Origin: Alloascoidea hylecoeti
Lineage: Eukaryota
Assembly (NCBI GenBank): GCA_001600815.1
Contig: BCKZ01000004.1
Span: 620,001-684,000 of the forward strand
Direction of reading: 5' to 3'
Length of the DNA: 64,000 nt
Positions within the stretch are counted from its first letter, which is position 1, and each line of letters begins with the position of its first letter. Shown piece after piece: positions 55,426 through 64,000 of the stretch. The translations under genes were made by a program, and so were the position numbers. The notes beneath the pieces were generated by a model. That model worked only from the letters and a program-made list of their open reading frames with translations, made no database searches and was not told the origin of the DNA.

Positions 55426-57595
55426 TTAATTGAATAATCTATACTTCTACAATATAAATAGTAACAAAAACTCTCTCCCTAATAATGGATTAGGGCTTGA
55501 ACTAAACACTCAGTTTGATTGATAACAATTTGTGAGTGAAAGTAGCGATAGGAAAACTATGTTCTTTAATTATATACGCTAAAATGGTACTTATTCCCAA
55601 AATTCTACTATTCTACCATGATCTGACACTTTAAGTTTAGTCTTTAGACGAGCGAACGGCTGCCACTCTATGGAGTATTAGGATATCCTTATAATTATCC
55701 ACCACTCTATACAGTAAAGTACGACCACCTTTTCAACCCATAAGATAAAACTTACTGGCCTAGACTTCCTTATGTTATAAATATATAAAGTTCAAAACCC
55801 TGACCTGATAGTCGTCGAGCTTGTCCAGGGCCTGGATCCGTATTATGAAGCTACCGAATATTTGAGTGACTTGTAACACTACGTATACCTCAAACATCCT
55901 AAGTCCATTTTAATCTATCTTTAGACCATATATTCTGTTTCTTTGGTTCTTCTGGTTTGAAGAAGGCCTTTGAAGAGCGCAGAAATCTTCCTTATATACA
56001 GTGGGGTTTTAAACCTGATTTAAAACATCAATTCTAAAGTAAAGAATATGAAATAAAATGATATTCAGCTTCTCTATCTCTCCGTGTACCTCTATACAAA
56101 AATTTAGTAGTTTATATGGCCATATTTGAGTTCTAAAACTAGATTAAGTCACTTTGACTTAAATGTTATAAACTTGTCAAAACCCGATTGATCTAGTCTA
56201 TCCCACAACTCTAGAAACACATCTAAATGATAATTATTGACCTTTTGACACACCCTCTCACAATAGCCAAATTTGGTTACTACTTACCCAGTTCAATCTT
56301 GAGTTTGGACAACATGTTTTTCATCGGGATTTATGTCTAGAATCCTCACAACCTAAAGTAGCTGTTCCATTTGTCTACCTGAATCTCTTGATTTATAGAC
56401 TAAAGGATTATTCCATAGAAAAATATAGCTTTCAAAGGTTTGAATAATAGGTATTTCTACCCTTTATAATGCATTTTTGATATTCACCTCTGAAATAGTC
56501 CTTTCCTTTATTCTCCGCAAAAACTAACGAATATCGCGCGTTTTTTCGTTGGGCCTTTTGTACTTCACTTATTATGCTCTTATGCAATCTCGAAGATGAC
56601 CTTCGGATTTTTTCAGTTTGGATTGGTATACTCTATAATTCAAGTAGATTTGTAATGAATGCAGACGTGCCTTGCAGTCCACCAGTGGCTGTATTCGAAG
56701 TTTCAGCATAGTTATGTCTTAATCCGAACAAATTAAAGAGGTGATACCTTTACGCGTAAGTCTCATTCATATTTCGAATGGCCAAAAAATATTAAAATTT
56801 GGATGAGTTATTCTAAAAGAAGATGATGGATAGTTTTACGCGTAGCAGGAAAAAAAGATGTTAGGAGTGTGTTTTGTATATCCATGTTTTTTGGAAGGAT
56901 TCTTAGGAGGTCTTTGGAATGGTGTCCAGAACCAAAACGCAACTTTAGACCTGACCCAGCTCTAGTTGGTACATTAAACAAACAAAACAAGTATAATCGT
57001 TTTCCTTAAATTAGCATTTATCGCTAGTTACTTGCCAAAAGTTTCCATATTATTTCTCAAAAATATCGCTATGTATATATTATTATATTGTAGTTTCTGC
57101 ACAGCTGGCATAAATGCATTGACGAGAATTTTAAATAGGACTCCCTGGTAACTGATGAAGTGAATTCTTTACCTCTTCTCCTAACAATAAGTCCGGAGTA
57201 AGTGTCTACATCGATATCTAAATGGAACTGTATCCTTAGTATAATATCCATTGAAACTGGAAAATATAACATAATTTAATTGTAACGTAAAATGCATTTG
57301 AAATGTCTCTTAGATGCTCAAAGCACAATAAAGTTAACTCAAAACGTCAAACTTAAACTATGCATACATGCAGTAAAACCGTTGCCATGATGAGTTTCCG
57401 GAGTTTCCAGAATGTATGTTCCGGTCTAATTGAACAATTGGGATAATAATTATAAACATTTCTAGATCTTTTCTTTTGAAACATTGTCTTATGTCTCTGA
57501 TTTTTTCTGAAGTTGCTCTTTTAAGTTAGTTCTGAACAGTTGAACACATCATCATTATTCCTCAATTACCCAGCATTCCATAACTCCGGTTCAGA

Positions 57596-60286
57596 ATGAT
57601 GACTTTTAAACAGACTCCAGATTTCTTATACTCCACAACAACCAGTGGCAGCAATAGGTTTAGCACTCCAGAAATATCATCTGGGGTAACATCAATGTAC
57701 ATTCCAAGTACCATTCTAGTTTCTAAAGTGAAAGGTTTAGAATTAGAGCTACATAGTGCCTATCTTCAACTTCATAGTTTGCAGTCTCAGTTGCAAAATG
57801 AGCGCCTTAAACAACATGAAGTGGAACGACAATCATATACCTACTTGATTTATAAGTTTCCCTCGTTCTCTTTAGACTCAAATTTTAAACAATTTCTATT
57901 TGCAGCTCAACAGGAATTGGTTGGAAAGATTTATGATGGGCATGAAGTATATCGGGCATTATTAGCTGCAACTGATAGCTATTCTACCAAAGCATTTGTT
58001 GAATCTTCACGAGAGATAATTGAAACATTTGACCATCATCTTGATTTTATTGAATGGTTAGAAAGCTCACAAAACAGAAATTCGATTGAATATTCAAAAA
58101 ATCAGCACAACAATTGCATGAAGTTATTTGATATAGGGGAAGCAACGACTTACGATGACTGTATTAGAATTATTCAATATATCAGTAATTTACAGTTTCT
58201 TAGTTTCGATGTGAAATTCATACTTCAGTTTATTAATGAAAAATGCTTTTATAATTTCCCTTCGGTTCGTCATGTTATAGAGAATGATCTTAAAAATATG
58301 ACAAGAAGTGATACTAGTACATATCGAAATATAAAAGCATATCTCCCTCATCTCAAAATAGAATTGCAAAAACTCGCCACATCAGGATCAATAGAACCAG
58401 AAATTATGAATAGTAAAGATTTCAGGCTCAATAGTATCATGGATAAAAAAGATAATCAGTCATCATTTCAAGACAAATTTGTAGGATCTCCTATTATTGT
58501 CGGTCAACGCGGAGCATTAATTACAAGAAAAGGAAGCTCAGGCTCCAGATATTTAGATTTCTGTAAGACAGTTTCTGACCAAAGATTCTATGGGAAATCA
58601 CCACCTGTTATGGAGGCAGGCCACTGGTCTGGCGTCAATTTCAATGTTTCAAAAGTTGATAATAAAAATACTACTGAACAGGAAGCCGACCCAATTTTCC
58701 AATTTTCAACCACTGATAGTTACAACTCATCATTTTCAAGGCCTATCAACTCATTTTTTGAAGAGCAAAATTCGATCTCTAACGCTGGTCCACTATCAAG
58801 AAACACTCCTGATACTACCTTGGATTACGCACCAGTCGAATCCATAAATTGTCAAGACAGTGGGGATTATAGTTATAAGGAACATGACTCCTTTTTTTCA
58901 AAGGAGGAGAGCATTAAGGACAATGGATCCAAATACAAAAACGACAAAGACATCGATACTGATAAACAGAAAGATATAGTTAGTGGGGATATTGAACTTA
59001 ACACAGAAAAATCAATTTCAACGATAAATGATAACAAAAGCATCAAACTTAATAAAAGAGAAGCGAATTTGAATCGAAAAGAAGTTAATCTCAAAGAAAG
59101 AGAAGCTAATACTAATGAAAGAGAAGCTAGTCTTATTGAAAGAGAAGTTAATCTCAATGAAAGAGAAGTTAATATCGAAAGAAAAGAAGCTGATCTTGAG
59201 AAGAAGGATATTAATCTTGACAAAAAAGAAATCAATCTTGACAAAAAGGAAGTCAATATTGATAAGAAGGAAGTTGAACTTAACAAAAGAGAAGTGAGTA
59301 TTGGCGAGAGAGAATCTCATCTAAATATAAAAGCAGAAACTCTTAAGAAAATGGAACTGCATCTCAAAGAAAAAGAGTCTGAGCTCGAAGAAAAGGTATC
59401 CAATCTCAAAGAAAAAGAATCTAATCTCAAAGAAAGAGAAGTTGATATTCATGAAAAGGAAAAAGCTATTAATTATAAGTGTCAGGGGAGTTCTGAAAAA
59501 GGTGTAGAAGCAAGTTTGTTTAACAATATCTTCGATGGAGACAAGCATAATGAGGAAGGGCTGTTAGCATCTATTCACAATGAGATTTCAGTTAAGGAAT
59601 CATCTTTTTCAAAAGTTGTATTATGTCTGATTGATAACCTTCCTAAGCATAGATCCCATAACTACGCAGGCGCTCTTGTTGTAATTGATAGTTCCTCTAA
59701 AGGTATCCACATTTGGCCTACTCGCCATAAACTGAGTACTGGATTAATACTTAAGCTATTTATCGAACGTTTTATTCCCCTGCATGGTGTTCCTTCAGAA
59801 GTTTGTAAATATGGATCTAATTTTCCTCTTGATAAGGATGATAACTTTAAAAAGTTTTTTAGTTATGCCGGATCAGCATGTAAGACGACAAATGCAAATG
59901 ACAATGTAAGCATAAGGAGGTCGAAATCAAATTATAAAGAATATTCTTTCCCAGATATGATCATAAGTTATATTCGTTTCTATGCTTCAAAATTATCTGA
60001 TAGTGAGTGGCCAGATTTTATGAGTCTGGCAGAATATACAGCCAATGCATCTTCATATGATTGTTTAGGAGATCGTACTCCTTTTGAAGTTCTTTATGGT
60101 AGCATTCCTTCATATCCTAAGGCTTTTCCAAAATCCCGATCAAACTTTCTATCATCTCTATCTACTGGTGAAAATTTGGTTTATAGGCTAAACTTTTACG
60201 GAACTAAAGCCAAAGCTGCTTTGAAATTTGCATCAGAAGAGTCAAATCTTGACGAATGTTCATTACCTCGTTTGCAAGCTCAATGA
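57596..60286 (+). CDS. 896-aa protein with heptad coiled coil and C-terminal catalytically degenerate Ty3/gypsy-type integrase core
   Basis: Intact ORF. C-terminal FSKVVLCLIDNLPK...GALVVIDSSSKGIHIWP...LHGVPSEV...YIRFY...EWPDFMSLAEYTANAS...TPFEVLYG follows the Ty3/gypsy integrase pattern. No protease, RT or RNase H motifs seen. Confidence 0.8.
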   Translation: MMTFKQTPDFLYSTTTSGSNRFSTPEISSGVTSMYIPSTILVSKVKGLELELHSAYLQLHSLQSQLQNERLKQHEVERQSYTYLIYKFPSFSLDSNFKQFLFAAQQELVGKIYDGHEVYRALLAATDSYSTKAFVESSREIIETFDHHLDFIEWLESSQNRNSIEYSKNQHNNCMKLFDIGEATTYDDCIRIIQYISNLQFLSFDVKFILQFINEKCFYNFPSVRHVIENDLKNMTRSDTSTYRNIKAYLPHLKIELQKLATSGSIEPEIMNSKDFRLNSIMDKKDNQSSFQDKFVGSPIIVGQRGALITRKGSSGSRYLDFCKTVSDQRFYGKSPPVMEAGHWSGVNFNVSKVDNKNTTEQEADPIFQFSTTDSYNSSFSRPINSFFEEQNSISNAGPLSRNTPDTTLDYAPVESINCQDSGDYSYKEHDSFFSKEESIKDNGSKYKNDKDIDTDKQKDIVSGDIELNTEKSISTINDNKSIKLNKREANLNRKEVNLKEREANTNEREASLIEREVNLNEREVNIERKEADLEKKDINLDKKEINLDKKEVNIDKKEVELNKREVSIGERESHLNIKAETLKKMELHLKEKESELEEKVSNLKEKESNLKEREVDIHEKEKAINYKCQGSSEKGVEASLFNNIFDGDKHNEEGLLASIHNEISVKESSFSKVVLCLIDNLPKHRSHNYAGALVVIDSSSKGIHIWPTRHKLSTGLILKLFIERFIPLHGVPSEVCKYGSNFPLDKDDNFKKFFSYAGSACKTTNANDNVSIRRSKSNYKEYSFPDMIISYIRFYASKLSDSEWPDFMSLAEYTANASSYDCLGDRTPFEVLYGSIPSYPKAFPKSRSNFLSSLSTGENLVYRLNFYGTKAKAALKFASEESNLDECSLPRLQAQ
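59057..59463 (+). repeat. Coding 21-bp tandem repeat ([RK]E[VAS]N[LI]xE heptads)
   Basis: Units such as AGAGAAGTTAATCTCAATGAA, AAAGAAATCAATCTTGACAAA and AAAGAATCTAATCTCAAAGAA. Confidence 0.85.
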
Positions 60287-60530
60287 AGGCTAAGGTTATA
60301 ATTTTCTTGTATATTAACTTAAATTAATGCACCAATTCCAAGTATTAGTATTGAATATTAAAATGTTAACATTTAATTATAGTGTATTTGGAAAGTTAAT
60401 ACAAATATTCTCATATAGCTAGCGCTAATCGTCTTATATAGGCCCTATACCATGCTCATATAAACTTCTAATTATCTAATAATCTGGTATGGTTAGCTAA
60501 ATATAAAAAATAAGGAATACCGTTATAGGG

Positions 60531-60577
60531 TACATACTACATACTACATACTACATAATACATAATACATAATACAT
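60531..60577. repeat. Short 7-bp microsatellite (TACATAC/TACATAA)n
   Basis: tacatactacatactacatactacataatacataatacataatacat. Confidence 0.8.
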
Positions 60578-63500
60578 ATGCATATATTCTTATAGGGTGA
60601 ATTGAATATAACGTTAACCATTCGCACACTATTGTTATTCAACTCACCTTATAGCATACCAAACTTGAAACTAAAGCACATAAAAGACGCAAGTAATCTA
60701 GTCTAGCAATTTGGGATAAAATTTGAGCCCTACTAAATTCTAGTAGAGTTTAAAATAAGTGATCAACTACAAGTATCAAAATAAAGTAAGTATGTCTATC
60801 TATTTATTCTATACTTAATTACTTAATGTTTTTTGTTTCTCCTCTTTAAATTTCTTCTCTCTAGTTCCGTTGATCCTTTTCTGAGGTTCAAATATAAATT
60901 TCCTTTTAGAACCCTTTGGGTCTTTCATCTGTTTCCTATACAACAGATCTATAGACTGTTACCTAGGGTTATCGGGATCCATATATTAAAATTGCAAGAA
61001 AATATAAAAATTAAATTAATATGCAAGATACGATATCGCAGTATGAATTTCAACCCCACTGCCGTTAACGTTGGAATATTAATCAATAGTAATTTAATAC
61101 ATATCTATCGCACCGATTTAAACGGTTCTCTAGACTCTTGAGTCTAGAGTTTAGCTTGAAATGATTATATATTACGAATCTTTGCGATTGCAATTGGATT
61201 GTGTAAATGTAGGGCCTAAATGCATAGTTATAACTGGGTAGTTTATTGCAAAAAAGATATAAATATGGAAATGCTGCTTCGATTAACGTCGATCATGATA
61301 ATATTTAAAGTAATCTGGAAGCACTATACGTACTATATTAACATAGATTAAGTAACTGCTTAATCGTCGGAATATTTCAGCACTTAAAGTTCTATAGCTA
61401 TGGTACGAATTACTATACATATGCATAGGAATATATTAATGTCCATGATGCTAATTATGGCATAAGTATATGCCATACTATATATTATATATACATACAC
61501 CATCTGTTGGTCCATACCGTATAAGTATAACAACTAATTTTATTATTTCAAAAGGGTGATATCGATTATCGAAATAGATCGATATACATGTATTGTACTT
61601 GAGATCAGGCGCGGCTTTCAATTGAATGCCATGATCATGAGGCTTAACACTTGGTGAGATAATGACTACTATATATATTTGGGTACCCCAAAGCTCATAT
61701 GCATATATAACATGACTAATATTGCTATAACAGTATAAGAATTATAATCAAAGTTAACTCCACATATTACGTAATACGTATAAGCTTATATTTAAATTTA
61801 GCAAAGTCTTGGGCCCTGCATTGGCAAACTACGATAATATGTATTAAACAGTTAAGCTTGGGCGATTACCAAACACTGTAAACAGGTAGTTTTAAAATAT
61901 AGCGCTATATATATATATATAGCTATATGGTATCTAGTGAACTGGATGGGGTACTTTGATTTGAATTTTGTGGTGTACCTCTTCTCTCTTACATATTTAA
62001 TATAAAAGTATAGATATTTTTGGTATACATGTATCAGCTAGAAAAAACTATTTGAAATTACATACCGTAACTTCTAGTTCGAATTCATATAATTTAAATT
62101 TTAGACATGAAAACGGTCTTAATTATATAATTATCTATATGCATAATAGTTGCATATGCATAGCTATAGGTTTCTAATTCTATTTTCTGTGAAGCTATTC
62201 CCCAAATTGTGGTGAGAGACACTGATAGTTATGAGCTTATGAAGATATAGTTGAATACACGGAGTGAAAAGTGCCGAGCCTATATATTTTATGGTAGACT
62301 TATATCAAATATTATCAATCCAAACGAAAATCAATTATCAAAAGCTTGGAGGCGTTTGTTACAAGATCTAGAGTGGAATATAAGGCCCTTATTAATATTA
62401 ATGATCTGAATTTGATCATCTTTCAAGTGCCTAAAATATAACGTTTTCTTGTGAATCTGGAATTAATGTTAGATTCAAGTAAAAAATATTGCAATCCATA
62501 AGTTATTTATTGTAGTATAAATTTCTATGATAGAATATATATGAATAATATGATACTACTGTATATCTAATTAATAGTAATATTGCAATTGGTTAACGTT
62601 ATAAGGTTGGGAATGCTTACTATGTTAAATTCATAAAACCGTTTACGCAGCAACCACATGATTTCACAAATTAACATAGATATTATAGAATAGACTTCAG
62701 CTTAATATATTAATTACCGTATTAGCTTATACTGGTCCGGTGTGTGGAATCTATGAATTAATAATACTGTAGTACTGGGTCCACTGACTAGTTATTAGTT
62801 AATAGTAGTTAATAGTTACGTATGATAGTAATAAAATATGATATTGATGTTGCGATATTTACATATGCTCCTAGGTCTAATACTATACCTTTTGATTATA
62901 ATTATTATACTGGCCTTATCATGGTCACTTTTAAGTGACAACACTGACAGTCTGACAAGCTTAATTTAGCACTGAGTCCAGTAAAGACTGCCATAGGCTA
63001 CTCTACGGCAGTACTACTGTATAACAACTGACAATTGCAACAATCTTAAAAAGACTCTTAAATTCTTATAATAAATTATCATCTAATGTAATATTATCTA
63101 TTTTATAATTTTTTTTTTCTATATTATAATGATAGCTGGTCCTCTGCAAGTGTTGGCTGTATCCGTAATTAATAAATAATTATAAGCTTTTAATTATAGA
63201 TTGATCAAATTCATGATTAACTGCAGCATAATGCTTATAGGAGGCCCCTATTATCACTACCATGAAATTGCTGGATATGCAAACTGCCAAAAAAAAACAG
63301 GGCAGATTTAAGATGCACCCGTACTGTATTTTACGTGTGGACTAGTCTACTACTGTCCCGGGTATCCTTCTATACACTTCAAGCTTAAAATATACCTAGT
63401 TGCCGGTAATGACTAAATAGACCCCGAATACCCGATACGGGTACTACCGGTTCCTTGGTTTTCATTTTGGCGGTTTTCATTCTGGCAATTTCACGGTATA

Positions 63501-64000
63501 GCTATTATTAAGGTAGCTACTAGCTAGCTAAACGATGTAGATCTGAATATCGAAACCAATAATAATAAGTAGGTGAGATTCAATTGCAACATGATATAAG
63601 CTTATATTACTATATGATAATATAAGGCCTTATATTTATAAGATCTTGTATATAAAAATACAGTTACATTTAATTTTCTAACCCACAAGAGCGCTTGAGT
63701 AGGACTTTTTTTATAGTTATTTTCCTAGTTACCTTGCGCTGGCTCTGTTGCGGTCGTAAATTAACCAAGACCTACCGTATATTAAGAATCATGGTTAGTC
63801 AGTTTTAATATAATTATAAATTTATAATGAGTATTGCAAAATTGGAATTACTGCCATATGTTTGTTTCATTTTCAAGCCAGGTACTTCAGCTTATGAATC
63901 ATTTTAATTAGATTTAATAGCAACTACAATGTATATATAACTATAGCCACTATTAATCGGGTTATACGAATTTATAGATATATTTAATATTATTATGGAG

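Noticed and set aside
58873..59548. Antisense ORFs over the coiled-coil repeat
   Set aside because: Reverse-complement shadows of the purine-rich 21-bp repeat.
57596..60286. Active LTR retrotransposon
   Set aside because: No LTR pair, PBS, protease, RT or RNase H seen, and the integrase catalytic residues are substituted.
60833..61141. 102-aa ORF with TTG start
   Set aside because: No upstream ATG, low-complexity AT-driven composition and no motifs.

Overview
This is eukaryotic (fungal) nuclear DNA. It is AT-rich, with short spliceosomal introns (GTAAGT/GTATGT...RCTAAC...YAG) and the standard genetic code (CTG=Leu at a conserved kinase position), most consistent with an intron-rich, early-diverging Saccharomycotina yeast (inferred). 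Housekeeping genes in order: cysteine synthase (5' partial), secreted class-3 lipase, Msb2/Hkr1-type signalling mucin (spans a 170-N gap), Snu71/RBM25 PWI protein, flavin amine oxidase, Bur1/CDK9, Ira/neurofibromin RasGAP, Vsb1-type SulP transporter, cystathionine gamma-synthase, amidase, peroxisomal CCP-type peroxidase, Fau1, Bpl1, Psg1-like protein, Rpb1 and tRNA-Thr(UGU). The most interesting signals are mobile-element derived: (1) an intact 896-aa ORF fusing a 21-bp-repeat coiled coil to a Ty3/gypsy-type integrase core that has lost its DDE catalytic residues, a candidate domesticated retrotransposon gene; (2) a decayed L1-clade non-LTR retrotransposon starting right behind the tRNA terminator; (3) two related TIR-bounded, MITE-like elements in gene promoters. 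Intergenic DNA also looks unusually rich in perfect palindromes. All family assignments come from motif recognition by eye; no searches were run.
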